Positions 17,737 through 26,709 of a stretch of 64,000 bases of DNA are shown here, one piece after another. The notes below the pieces were generated by a model. It was not told where the DNA came from. It saw only the letters and a list, made by a program, of their open reading frames with translations, and made no database searches. Both the position numbers and the translations under genes were made by a program. The DNA is from an uncultured bacterium. Its GTDB lineage: Bacteria; Oederibacteriota; PGYV01; Palsa-1178. Location of the stretch: assembly GCA_937889595.1 (NCBI GenBank), contig CALAOR010000057.1:7500-71499 (forward strand), read 5' to 3'. How positions within the stretch are numbered: position 1 is the stretch's first letter; each line of letters opens with the position of its first letter.

Positions 17737-18075
17737 TTATACAGCGTACTCCCCGCGTTCACCCGTCCTGATCCTCACCACGTCAGTAATGTCCGAAATG
17801 AATATCTTGCCGTCCCCTATCCTTCCGGTCCTTGTTATTTCTATTATCCCGCCGAGGGTTTTCTCGACATCAGAATCTTTCAGGACAATTTCTATCTTTA
17901 CTTTCGGCAGAAACTCCACTGTCACGTCCTGTCCTTCCAGGACGTCATTTTTTCTTTTCTGAAAACCATAACCTTCCACGTTTGAAATTGTTATACCGTT
18001 TATTCCCATTTCCATGAGCTTTCTTTTTATAACCTCGAACTTCACCGGCTGCACTATTATGGTCAGTTTTTTCAT
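17737..18075 (-). CDS. P-II family (GlnB/GlnK-like) signal protein with divergent T-loop
   Basis: 112 aa from ATG 18075 (ATGA overlap with the TPR gene); G.G.QK, FLPKVKIEIV, TGRIGDGKIF, RIRTGERG. Confidence 0.93.
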   Translation of the reverse strand: MKKLTIIVQPVKFEVIKRKLMEMGINGITISNVEGYGFQKRKNDVLEGQDVTVEFLPKVKIEIVLKDSDVEKTLGGIIEITRTGRIGDGKIFISDITDVVRIRTGERGEYAV

Positions 18076-20273
18076 TTGATCAGTTTCTTCCTCGAAGATG
18101 ACGGCGAAAGCAGGAGTTCCTTTCTCCATACTTCCACCATTCTTATGTTTTCCTGCGCCGACCTTGACAATTCGCTGTCAGGCGTTATTTGCATATATTT
18201 TTTCCACATTTCTATGGCTTCATTCCACCATCCCTTGAACCTGTAAACCTCACCGAGTTTAAAAAACACTTCCACTATTTCAGGGCTCAATTCAATTGCT
18301 TTGTGATATTCGATGTCGGCTTCATCCCACCATTCTTTTTTAAAATAAGCGTTAGCGAGGTTAAAATGCCCGCGGCCATTCTGGGGGTTCCTGGAAACCA
18401 CGGAAATAAACACCTTAACGGCAGCATCAAAATCGAAGGTATCATAGAGCACGGACCCCATATTGTTCAGGGCATCCTGATTGTCAGGCTCTATTTTCAA
18501 TACTTTGTTATATTCTACAATAGCCTCCTGCAATTGTCCAGTATTTCTATACTCATTGCCTAGATCATAGGCCACGGAAGCGTTTGACTGGGCCTGATTT
18601 TGTTTTTCCTTTAATTTTTCTATGGTTTCCTTGAATACGACGTCTTTTTTCATCGCTGAATCCAGGTTTTTTTTGGCAACCGCGTACTCGGGATTTATCC
18701 TTAAAGCCTGGTCAAAAAAACGCTGGGCTTCCTTGAAAAAATTCTTTTTATAGTAAGCCACGCCAAGGTTATTATATGCCTTATAATATTCCCTGTCTAT
18801 TTCCACCGCCTTTTGATACTCTTCTATGGCTTTTTCAATATTACCGAGATTCTTATACGCTACCCCCATTGAATTATGGGCCACTGCATTATTCGGTTGG
18901 ACAGACAGGGTTTTTTGATATTCTATAATAGCCTCTTCATTCCTTCCTTTATCGGTTAAAACAAGTCCTAGGTACAGGTTTATCTCGGGCTTTTTTATGT
19001 AATTAGGCAGTATTTCAAGCGCGCGCCTGAGTTCGTTCACTGCCTCGTCATACCGCTTCAGTTTGTAATAGGATACCCCCAGGTAATAGTGGGCCTCATC
19101 GTCATAGGCTTCTTTGACCAGGTGCCGTTCGAGCACTTCTACAGCTTCCTGGATCTTTTCTTCCTTATACAAAAGTATGCCGCGTTCCAGTTCTATCCTT
19201 ACATATTCAGGGTTTTCTTCCGCAATCGCGTCCAGTACCTGTTTTGTTTTTTCAAATTCCTTCATTTCCCTGTAGGCCACCGCTATGTTGACCTTTGCCT
19301 CCACCATATCGGGCTTCAGCTTTAATGTCTGTTTGAATATCTCAACAGCTTCCTTTAGTATTCCTTTTTTTATCAGAAGCTCGCCGAAGAAATTATAGTA
19401 GGCAGGCTGCTTGGAATTATAGTGGATCGCCATTTTTATCTGGTTTATCGCGTCGTCGGTGTAGCCTTTAAGTTTGTAGACTTTTGCGAGGTTAAAATAC
19501 GCTTCTTCTTTTCTCTTTTCATCGGGAAGTTTTTCCACTTCCTCGCCCCGTTTTACTGCGGAATTGGTTTCATAATAATCTATGACAAGGCTTTTATTTG
19601 ACTGTATGAAAGCCGGGTTTAATTCTACGGCATGGTTATAGCACATACCCGCTTCCTCGTCTTTGCCTGTCTCGCCGTATACAAAACTTAAATTATAATA
19701 GGCGAGCGCGTATTCCTTGTTAAGCTGTATCGCTTTTTTCAGCTGTTCTTCCGCCTCGTCGTACATTCCGGTTTTATAAAGTGTTTCACCGAGGTTGTTG
19801 CGCAGTTCCGCGTAATTCGGGAATTTTTTCAGGGCCTCCCTGAAGACCGCTTCAGCCGTATTGTATTCACCCATGTTTTTGTATATAACGCCGAGCAGGT
19901 TCTGCGCGAGCAGGTGCTCGGGGTTTAATTCAAGGCATCTTTTAAGTTCTTTGACCGAAACTTCATAATCGCCGGTAAAACTCAGCGATTTTCCAAAGTT
20001 AAAATGTGTTTCAGGATCCGAAGGATACAGCTGGACAGCCTTCTTATATGCGGATATGGCCCTGTCATATATACCGGTCTGCTTGTTCACTGCCTTCAGG
20101 TTTGCCTGTGCCTGGGAATAATTTGGGTTTATGGACAGGGATTTTTTGAACTGTTCTATGGCTTCATGAAACATTCCTTTTGAATAATAATATACTCCCA
20201 CGTTATTTAAGGCGGTCGCGTCATTCTCGGAATTATTTTCCTTCAGTATTTCCCTGTCAGGGGCGCCCGGCAT
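18072..20273 (-). CDS. Large TPR-repeat protein
   Basis: Many 34-aa repeats (AYNNLGVAYY..A...F..AL.INP); no signal peptide. Confidence 0.92.
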   Translation of the reverse strand: MPGAPDREILKENNSENDATALNNVGVYYYSKGMFHEAIEQFKKSLSINPNYSQAQANLKAVNKQTGIYDRAISAYKKAVQLYPSDPETHFNFGKSLSFTGDYEVSVKELKRCLELNPEHLLAQNLLGVIYKNMGEYNTAEAVFREALKKFPNYAELRNNLGETLYKTGMYDEAEEQLKKAIQLNKEYALAYYNLSFVYGETGKDEEAGMCYNHAVELNPAFIQSNKSLVIDYYETNSAVKRGEEVEKLPDEKRKEEAYFNLAKVYKLKGYTDDAINQIKMAIHYNSKQPAYYNFFGELLIKKGILKEAVEIFKQTLKLKPDMVEAKVNIAVAYREMKEFEKTKQVLDAIAEENPEYVRIELERGILLYKEEKIQEAVEVLERHLVKEAYDDEAHYYLGVSYYKLKRYDEAVNELRRALEILPNYIKKPEINLYLGLVLTDKGRNEEAIIEYQKTLSVQPNNAVAHNSMGVAYKNLGNIEKAIEEYQKAVEIDREYYKAYNNLGVAYYKKNFFKEAQRFFDQALRINPEYAVAKKNLDSAMKKDVVFKETIEKLKEKQNQAQSNASVAYDLGNEYRNTGQLQEAIVEYNKVLKIEPDNQDALNNMGSVLYDTFDFDAAVKVFISVVSRNPQNGRGHFNLANAYFKKEWWDEADIEYHKAIELSPEIVEVFFKLGEVYRFKGWWNEAIEMWKKYMQITPDSELSRSAQENIRMVEVWRKELLLSPSSSRKKLIK

Positions 20274-20275
20274 CG

Positions 20276-20881
20276 TTATTTTTCCTCAAAGAATATATCA
20301 GGCTTAATCAGGGTTATTACTTCGCCCTCATCCTTGATCAGCCCGGAAATATATTTCTTATCCACAGTGAATGAATACTTGGTTATATTGGAGAAACTCG
20401 ACGACTGAAAGTTTCTGACCGACATAACTTTATCAACCAAAAAGCCGATTATCTTTTCTTTGAATTCTATGACCATTATCCTTGTTTCATCCGTGATTGA
20501 GTCCTCCACGCCGAATATCCTGCGGGAAATGGAAATCACGGGTATTACCTCGTTTCTTATGCTGATCATCCCCAGGATGTATCCCGGCAGGTTCGGCAGG
20601 CGTGTTATGTTCCTGTATTTTATTATCTCCCTTGAAAAAATAATTTCCATCCCGAAAAGTTCCTTGTTTATTTCCACGACCACAACAAGAAGCCCTTTTA
20701 ATACATTTATGATATTTTCTTCCTTGACGAAACGCATACGGACAAGTATTTTTCCCAGGGGTTCCTGTGGCTCCAAAGTCTGCTGTTCCTTTAAAGCTTC
20801 ATCCAGCTGTTCTTTCGTCAGGAAACCGGCCTGTATTAAAAGCTCGCCTAAACTTTTATCCTGTCCCTTAAAAACATCCAT
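20276..20881 (-). CDS. MshEN-like domain fused to CheW
   Basis: N-terminal KSLGELLIQAGFLTKEQLDEALKEQ..PLGKILVRMRFV; C-terminal CheW (LPNLPGYILGMISIRNEVIPVI, GFLVDKV). Confidence 0.85.
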   Translation of the reverse strand: MDVFKGQDKSLGELLIQAGFLTKEQLDEALKEQQTLEPQEPLGKILVRMRFVKEENIINVLKGLLVVVVEINKELFGMEIIFSREIIKYRNITRLPNLPGYILGMISIRNEVIPVISISRRIFGVEDSITDETRIMVIEFKEKIIGFLVDKVMSVRNFQSSSFSNITKYSFTVDKKYISGLIKDEGEVITLIKPDIFFEEK

Positions 20882-20895
20882 GCTTTATGACCACC

Positions 20896-22068
20896 TCATG
20901 CCCCGCCGAGAAGTTTCAGGTTTTTCCTGATTATCTCGTTTTCAGGGTTTAATTTTAGGGATTTTGTCCAGTAATCTTTTGCTTTTTCAGGGTTGTTCTC
21001 TTTCATTGATATGTTCCCCATCTTATAAAAAACATCCGCAGACTCCCTGCCGCTGTCTATGCTCTTTAAAAAATTTTCCTTGGCTTCCTTGTACTGTATC
21101 TTCCTATAAAAAATATGACCTATGTTCTCAAAAATCACAGGATCGTCCTTTTTAATTGCAAGCGCCTTCTGATATTCCCCGAGCGCTTCGTCGAGCTGGT
21201 CCTCTTCCGCGTATATAAACCCCAGGGCTTTATGGGTTTCAGCGTCCGCGGCGCCGAGCTCCGCAACTTTTTTATATTCTTCCAGCGCTTCCTTTTTTTT
21301 CCCTATTTTAGAATACACTTCACCGAGGATTATATATATTTCTGCGTTCCTGAATTTACTTTTCTTGGCCAGCTCAAGCTGCGCGATTGCCAGCTGATAT
21401 TCGCCTTTTTCAAAATAAAGCACGCCGAGATTAAAGGCAACCGCCGCGTCCCGCGGATTTATCACCACGGCTTTATTATAATGCTCTATGGCCTTGTCAA
21501 ACATTTTAAGTTCCCTGTATACGTTCCCCAGCATGGAGTTAATGCCCGGACTTTTGGGGTTTATCTTTATCACATTTTCATATTCCTCGGCTGCTTCCTT
21601 ATACTTTTTTTCCGATTCAAAAATATAGCCCAGCTTAAAACGCAGTTCTATGTTTGACGGGTCTTTTTCAAGCAGTGCCCTGTATTCGCGTTCCGCGTCA
21701 ATGGGTTTTTCCATCTTTGCGTATAAATCACCCAGCGCGTGCCTTGCCTGGATGTCATTCTTATTGATCTCCAGGGCTTTTTTGTACTGCTCAAGGCCTT
21801 TGTCAAAGTTCCCCATATTTGCATATAATTTACCGAGTTTTATTATGACGTTGACATTCACTGGGTTTATTTTCAGCGCCTTTTCATATTCTTTGATGCC
21901 ATCGTCATAATTGCCTTTATAGACATAGGCATTTCCAAGGAATGTGCGGACTTCCGCGTCATCCTCGTTTATGGAAAGCGCCTTTTCAAATTCCTTTATT
22001 GCCTGGTCATAACGCTTGCTCATGGTAAAAGCAAGCCCCAGATTTATATGGTCCTGTACCGTATCCAT
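20896..22068 (-). CDS. TPR-repeat protein
   Basis: About 11 TPR units; 1-bp overlap with cheR. Confidence 0.92.
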   Translation of the reverse strand: MDTVQDHINLGLAFTMSKRYDQAIKEFEKALSINEDDAEVRTFLGNAYVYKGNYDDGIKEYEKALKINPVNVNVIIKLGKLYANMGNFDKGLEQYKKALEINKNDIQARHALGDLYAKMEKPIDAEREYRALLEKDPSNIELRFKLGYIFESEKKYKEAAEEYENVIKINPKSPGINSMLGNVYRELKMFDKAIEHYNKAVVINPRDAAVAFNLGVLYFEKGEYQLAIAQLELAKKSKFRNAEIYIILGEVYSKIGKKKEALEEYKKVAELGAADAETHKALGFIYAEEDQLDEALGEYQKALAIKKDDPVIFENIGHIFYRKIQYKEAKENFLKSIDSGRESADVFYKMGNISMKENNPEKAKDYWTKSLKLNPENEIIRKNLKLLGGA

Positions 22069-22874
22069 TATATTTTTCTGAATATCCTCTCTTTTATATT
22101 TATGCAGTTAAACCTGTCGCGAAAGTCCTGCAGCATAGTTTCCGTCTTGCCGAGAAAAAGTATTCCGTTCTCCTTTAAGGAGTCGTAATAATGCCCCAAT
22201 ACCGTTCTTTGCAGCTCCCGCGTGAAGTATATGATAACGTTCCTGCAAAAAACAACGTCAAAAAAATTTTTTTTGTACGGCTCCATCAGGTTCAATTTTA
22301 TTATCTTTACTTTCTGCCTGATTGATTCTTTAACAGAGAAATTCTTCCCGTCGTCGGTGAAGAAGTACCTGGTTTTCCTGTCTTGCGCTATGTTGTCGAG
22401 CGTCCTTCCCTCATATATCCCCGCCGCTGCTTTTTGTATGGCGATTATATCGAGGTCAGTCGCGTATATTTCAAAACCATAATTCATAATTCCCATTTTT
22501 TCCGCTGTTTCTTCTATTGATATGGCTATGGAGTACGGTTCCTCGCCCGTGGAACAACCGGCGCTCCATACCTTAAGCGGCCATTTTATGTTTCTCAATA
22601 TATCAGGCAGTATGGTATTCTCAAGTTCCACAAAAATTTCCGGGTCCCTAAAAAACTGCGTCACGTTTATAGTAAGTTTATCGAGCAGTATATCATACTC
22701 GCTCCTGTGGTTCTGCAGATAGATAAAATAACCGTCATATTTTGTGAACTGCAAGGACCTCATGCGGACCGCAATGCGCCTTTTGATGTAATTTTCCTTG
22801 TACTGGCTCACATCAAGGGCTTTTTCCAGGCGTATACCGTCTTTTATTTTTATAAAAGCTTCTTCTTCATTCAT
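22068..22874 (-). CDS. cheR: Chemotaxis methyltransferase CheR
   Basis: TINVTQFFRD, WSAGCSTGEEPYSIA, FCRNVIIYF. Confidence 0.97.
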   Translation of the reverse strand: MNEEEAFIKIKDGIRLEKALDVSQYKENYIKRRIAVRMRSLQFTKYDGYFIYLQNHRSEYDILLDKLTINVTQFFRDPEIFVELENTILPDILRNIKWPLKVWSAGCSTGEEPYSIAISIEETAEKMGIMNYGFEIYATDLDIIAIQKAAAGIYEGRTLDNIAQDRKTRYFFTDDGKNFSVKESIRQKVKIIKLNLMEPYKKNFFDVVFCRNVIIYFTRELQRTVLGHYYDSLKENGILFLGKTETMLQDFRDRFNCINIKERIFRKI

Positions 22875-24280
22875 TAATTCACTAAACCCTTTGTGCTTTG
22901 TTTATTGCCTTCTTCAGCGGGCGTATTTTCCATCGAATCAAGGAACACCTTGACTATGTGCGAGTCAAACTGGCTGCCGGCGCAGCGTTTCAGTTCGGTT
23001 GCAGCTTCCTCTTTGGTACGCGCCCTGCGGTACGGCCTTTCTGCCAGCATTACCGAGTAAGCATCGGCGACGGCGCATATTCTGGAACCAAGCGGTATTT
23101 TATCGCCAATTAATTTCTTGGGGTAGCCTCTACCGTCAAAATGTTCATGATGATACAAAATGATGGGCAGTATGTCTTCAAAAATATCCATCCCGTTCAG
23201 TATATCCACCCCATCCTGCGGGTGCTTTTTTACCGTTTCATATTCTTCCGCCGTCAAGGTCGAGGGTTTTTTCAGTATCTCGCTGCTTATTTTTATTTTT
23301 CCTATGTCGTGCAGCAGCGCGGCGTGTTTTATTTTTTCGCACTCTTCGGGTGGCAGTTTCATTTGTTGGGCTATCTGCAACGCGTACTTCATGGTTGAAA
23401 ACGAATGTCCGTGCGTATCATGGTCCTTTATGTCTATGGCCATAACAAGCGTTTCTATGATATTTTCATGGTTATCCGACATCTGCCCCAGCATGTCATG
23501 TTTTTCTATTATTATAAAAACCTGGGCCGCGAAAAATTCTGCTATATAAATATCATTGTGTGAAAATCCGGTTTTTTTGTAAAGAACTACGGCGCCGCTT
23601 AAGCCTTTTTCGCCTTTAACCGGAATAACCGTCATAAATCCTTCGCTTATATCCTGAACCAGCCTTAAGAACCCCGCCTGGACATTCCTCAAAAATAACG
23701 GGGACAGGTCATTGTCCGCCACGCGCATTTCTATTTCCTTGTCCTTATATACCCCGTAGGAGTGCTTTAGTGAAAGATTTGTTTCTCCGGGCTTATCCGG
23801 GCCGTATATGAGAACATGGCTGCATCCGCTTAAATTTGTTACATTGCGCGCGAGCAGGCTAAAGAGCTCGGGACGGGTTAAACCTTTTTTTATCTCCAAA
23901 AGCATATCATGGGCGATAATGAATGAATTGGTTATTTTATCCACAAAACTTTTTTCTTCAAGCGATGATTTATCCGCTGCATCTTCATACAGGGGTTTAA
24001 GCCTGATCCTGTCGGAAAGCACGGCAAACGCCGCGTAAACAAGGGTATTAACCGCTATATCAGCAAGGGCGGCTTCATGATGCATGGAATAAAACGCAAA
24101 ATTAAAAAACAAACCGCTTAATATCCCGTTGGCCCATCCCGAGCTGATTGAAACCAGTATGACCGCGGCTCCCGCGGCTAAAAAAACATAACCAGCTTTA
24201 ATTCCCATGAAATCAACGGCCAGCATCAAAAGTACGGCTCCCGCTGTGATTAATACAATGTATCTTTTTTTCAGCCTCAT
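22874..24280 (-). CDS. Membrane HD-GYP cyclic-dinucleotide phosphodiesterase (TM + GAF-like + HD-GYP)
   Basis: HGHS, LLHDIGK, HHEHFDGRGYP, ADAY, RPYR; N-terminal TM helices. Confidence 0.88.
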   Translation of the reverse strand: MRLKKRYIVLITAGAVLLMLAVDFMGIKAGYVFLAAGAAVILVSISSGWANGILSGLFFNFAFYSMHHEAALADIAVNTLVYAAFAVLSDRIRLKPLYEDAADKSSLEEKSFVDKITNSFIIAHDMLLEIKKGLTRPELFSLLARNVTNLSGCSHVLIYGPDKPGETNLSLKHSYGVYKDKEIEMRVADNDLSPLFLRNVQAGFLRLVQDISEGFMTVIPVKGEKGLSGAVVLYKKTGFSHNDIYIAEFFAAQVFIIIEKHDMLGQMSDNHENIIETLVMAIDIKDHDTHGHSFSTMKYALQIAQQMKLPPEECEKIKHAALLHDIGKIKISSEILKKPSTLTAEEYETVKKHPQDGVDILNGMDIFEDILPIILYHHEHFDGRGYPKKLIGDKIPLGSRICAVADAYSVMLAERPYRRARTKEEAATELKRCAGSQFDSHIVKVFLDSMENTPAEEGNKQSTKGLVN

Positions 24281-24291
24281 ATTTTCACCGT

Positions 24292-25509
24292 TTATTTGGC
24301 GGACTTTACCACGTCGCCGGCATTAATTACGCCTTCCTGTTCCGTGACAACCGCCACGCTTGTATCCTTCATGGAATTTATTACCATAAGTTTTCCTGTC
24401 TTGTGATAAACATCATTATTACCCGTGGCCTTATTTAGTATGGACCTGTAAACGGTCATTATTTCGCCGGGCATCAACCCGGCTTTTACCCCTTTATTCA
24501 GGTAAACTATGTCTTTCTTTTTAACATTTATAATATTATTCTGGACTTTTATTATGAAAGCCTCTATTACACCGGTTTTCTTTTTTATCCTTGTGGTGAC
24601 TTTATTATAGTAATCCTTAAAGTCCTTCCTCATTTTTATTTTAAAGTTCTGGCTTACCGGCCCGTAACTCTTCACTATATTTACCTTCCATATTCCCTCA
24701 TCGGCTTTTTCAATTATTTTTCCAACCGCGCGGACGTCAATAAGCCTGCCTTTATCTTCGCCTGTTACAATATCCTCAACGTTCTCGTTATCCGTATATA
24801 TAAGGAACTGCATGCCTGTTTTTATGGATTTTCCGACTGTAACCTTTATGTACGCGGACATTCCCTGAACTATAATTTCACTGCCGTCCACGTCATATAT
24901 AAAACCGTCTTCGGGAAAATTGTCGCTGATAAAACCGGCGCGTTCCACCATGACATATCCCGCTTTTTCAATCCTGTTCGTACCTTCCGCTTCCATAAGT
25001 ATTATGCCGCCTGTCTCGCCTTCTTCGGCATCAGGCCCTTCAAATGTCACGTTTACTTCCGACTTGTCCGTATCCCCTTCATCCACAGGCGTTGTTTTCT
25101 TTTTTGATATTATGTATTTTTCAAGTTCTTCCGTTGATGTTTCGCCGGGATTTAAGATAACGATCCCTTCTTCCTCCGGGGATGCCGTGTTGTCTATTTC
25201 GATTTTATTTACTTTTTCTTCCGTTACCGCGGTTGCCGCCTCCCGGGCAGGCTCCGGTGTGGACATTCCGGCTTGAATCTGCGTGGTTGTTACCGCCGCA
25301 GTTTGTCCTGCAGCTGCCTGTCCAGCAGGTCCAGGAGTAGCTGCAGCGGGTTTTGATGCCGTATCAGGCGCCGTTGTCGGCTGGACTGTAGCTTCAGAGC
25401 TCCCGCTTTTTTCAACCGCGACTGGTTCAGCAGCCGCGGCATATGTGTGAAATAATATTATCGCCATTCCGCAGGACATAAAAAATAGGAGCATTTTTGT
25501 TTTCTTCAT
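24292..25509 (-). CDS. Exported protein with TsaP/FlgT-C-like beta domains
   Basis: Signal peptide, low-complexity A/T/P/E linker, then DIVYLNKGVKAGLMPGEIMTVYR..GKLMVI..TSVAVV..INAGDVV. Confidence 0.6.
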   Translation of the reverse strand: MKKTKMLLFFMSCGMAIILFHTYAAAAEPVAVEKSGSSEATVQPTTAPDTASKPAAATPGPAGQAAAGQTAAVTTTQIQAGMSTPEPAREAATAVTEEKVNKIEIDNTASPEEEGIVILNPGETSTEELEKYIISKKKTTPVDEGDTDKSEVNVTFEGPDAEEGETGGIILMEAEGTNRIEKAGYVMVERAGFISDNFPEDGFIYDVDGSEIIVQGMSAYIKVTVGKSIKTGMQFLIYTDNENVEDIVTGEDKGRLIDVRAVGKIIEKADEGIWKVNIVKSYGPVSQNFKIKMRKDFKDYYNKVTTRIKKKTGVIEAFIIKVQNNIINVKKKDIVYLNKGVKAGLMPGEIMTVYRSILNKATGNNDVYHKTGKLMVINSMKDTSVAVVTEQEGVINAGDVVKSAK

Positions 25510-25523
25510 GTCATCCCCTTAAA

Positions 25524-25919
25524 TTAAAATGATGTTGAATATTGCCGCAGCAGTGTCTTTGCCTGATCTATATTCTTCGCGTCAGGATAAGTTTCTATGT
25601 ACATCTTTAGTGTTTCCCTGACCTTAACCGGCTGGATTTCTTTTTCGTAAATTAAAGCTGACTTAAAAATCAATTCCGGTACCCTGGCTGATTTGCCTTC
25701 ATATCGCAGGTTGTATTTGTCAATGAGTTCCAGGGTGCGTTCAAAATTACCTATTAAATCCATATATCGTATGTTTAAATAAGCCGATTTTTCCAGATCG
25801 GGTTCTTTTAAATTGTCCACGGACCAGGTTTCGATGTACTTGCTTATTCTTTCGGAATCTCCTATTATATAGCCTGCGGCCAAAATTATTATAACGGCAA
25901 AAATCAACATATTTTTCAT
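25524..25919 (-). CDS. Small exported/membrane-anchored TPR-like protein (CpoB/YbgF C-terminus-like)
   Basis: N-terminal hydrophobic helix; LIFKSALIYE..YIETYPDAKNIDQAK resembles TPR pairs. Confidence 0.55.
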   Translation of the reverse strand: MKNMLIFAVIIILAAGYIIGDSERISKYIETWSVDNLKEPDLEKSAYLNIRYMDLIGNFERTLELIDKYNLRYEGKSARVPELIFKSALIYEKEIQPVKVRETLKMYIETYPDAKNIDQAKTLLRQYSTSF

Positions 25920-25964
25920 TTTTATCCCTCTGTAATTTATTCCCGGGTAAACCCGGATTTTACT

Positions 25965-26102
25965 TATACTGTAGGAAAACCCTGTAAAACCATGAAATTC
26001 TTTATCGTGTCCGGCACGGATGAAATTTTTCTATGGCCTGTGCGCCACTAAAACCATTTAAGCAGTAGCTTAAGGTACATGGCATACTTTTCCGACAGTA
26101 TC
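25965..26102. mobile_element. MITE-like family A copy (right internal arm replaced)
   Basis: ATACTGTAGGAAAACCC..TCGTGTCCGGCACGGATGAAATTTTTCTATGG..CTTTTCCGACAGTATC. Confidence 0.8.
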
Positions 26103-26122
26103 AATATATCTATACGAGCATA

Positions 26123-26151
26123 ATTTTATCATTCAATAGGTATTTTGTCAA
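26123..26151 (-). promoter_or_regulatory. Sigma70 promoter of the chemosensory operon
   Basis: TTGACA-N17-TAAAAT with an extended -10 TG on the minus strand. Confidence 0.7.
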
Positions 26152-26271
26152 TTTTTAAAATGCTGATTTCAGGATTATTAAAGTAAATAAATGATAAAAA
26201 GATTTTTCATTTAATAAAACAGGTTTTTTGGCGATAAGTAACGGGATTATCTCGATGTTTTGACTCTAAAG

Positions 26272-26306
26272 AAAATCAGAGGGCAAGAAACTTGCCCTCT
26301 GATTTT
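26272..26306 (-). terminator. Rho-independent terminator after csp
   Basis: Perfect 16-bp stem AAAATCAGAGGGCAAG-aaa-CTTGCCCTCTGATTTT. Confidence 0.85.
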
Positions 26307-26324
26307 TGTGCGTATTTTAGGTTA

Positions 26325-26525
26325 TTAAGCGCCGACTACGTTTGAAGCCTGCGGGCCTTTTGCACCTTCAGATACATCAAAGGTGACTTCCTGTCCTTCT
26401 TTTAGTGTCTTGAAACCGTCTCCCTGAATAGCCTGGAAGTGTACAAATACATCTTTTCCGCCTTCCTGTTCGATGAAGCCGTACCCTTTCTTGTCGTTGA
26501 ACCATTTCACTTTTCCTTTTGCCAT
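26325..26525 (-). CDS. Cold-shock protein (CspA family)
   Basis: [28 protein letters not shown]; 66 aa from ATG 26525 behind GGAGG. Confidence 0.96.
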   Translation of the reverse strand: MAKGKVKWFNDKKGYGFIEQEGGKDVFVHFQAIQGDGFKTLKEGQEVTFDVSEGAKGPQASNVVGA

Positions 26526-26583
26526 TACCAAAACCTCCAAAAAAATTAAGAATCTTGTAGAACAAGTCTACAACGTAAGGAGA

Positions 26584-26612
26584 ATGTTATCAAAAATTTT
26601 AGGGAAAGTCAA
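26584..26612 (-). promoter_or_regulatory. Putative sigma70 promoter of csp
   Basis: TTGACT-N17-TAACAT with an extended -10 TG. Confidence 0.55.
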
Positions 26613-26709
26613 ATATTAAATAAATAGTTATGGGGTATTCGGCATCAGTGTAAGAGCCAAGAGACTGGAGCCTGGAAACCGAAACTTAAGGTTTATTATA
26701 AAACAGCGG

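Noticed and set aside
18076-18129. N-terminal extension of P-II (similarly the ORF-track starts at 14425, 32266, 40403 and 45647)
   Set aside because: Downstream starts with SD sequences or translational coupling give canonical protein lengths.
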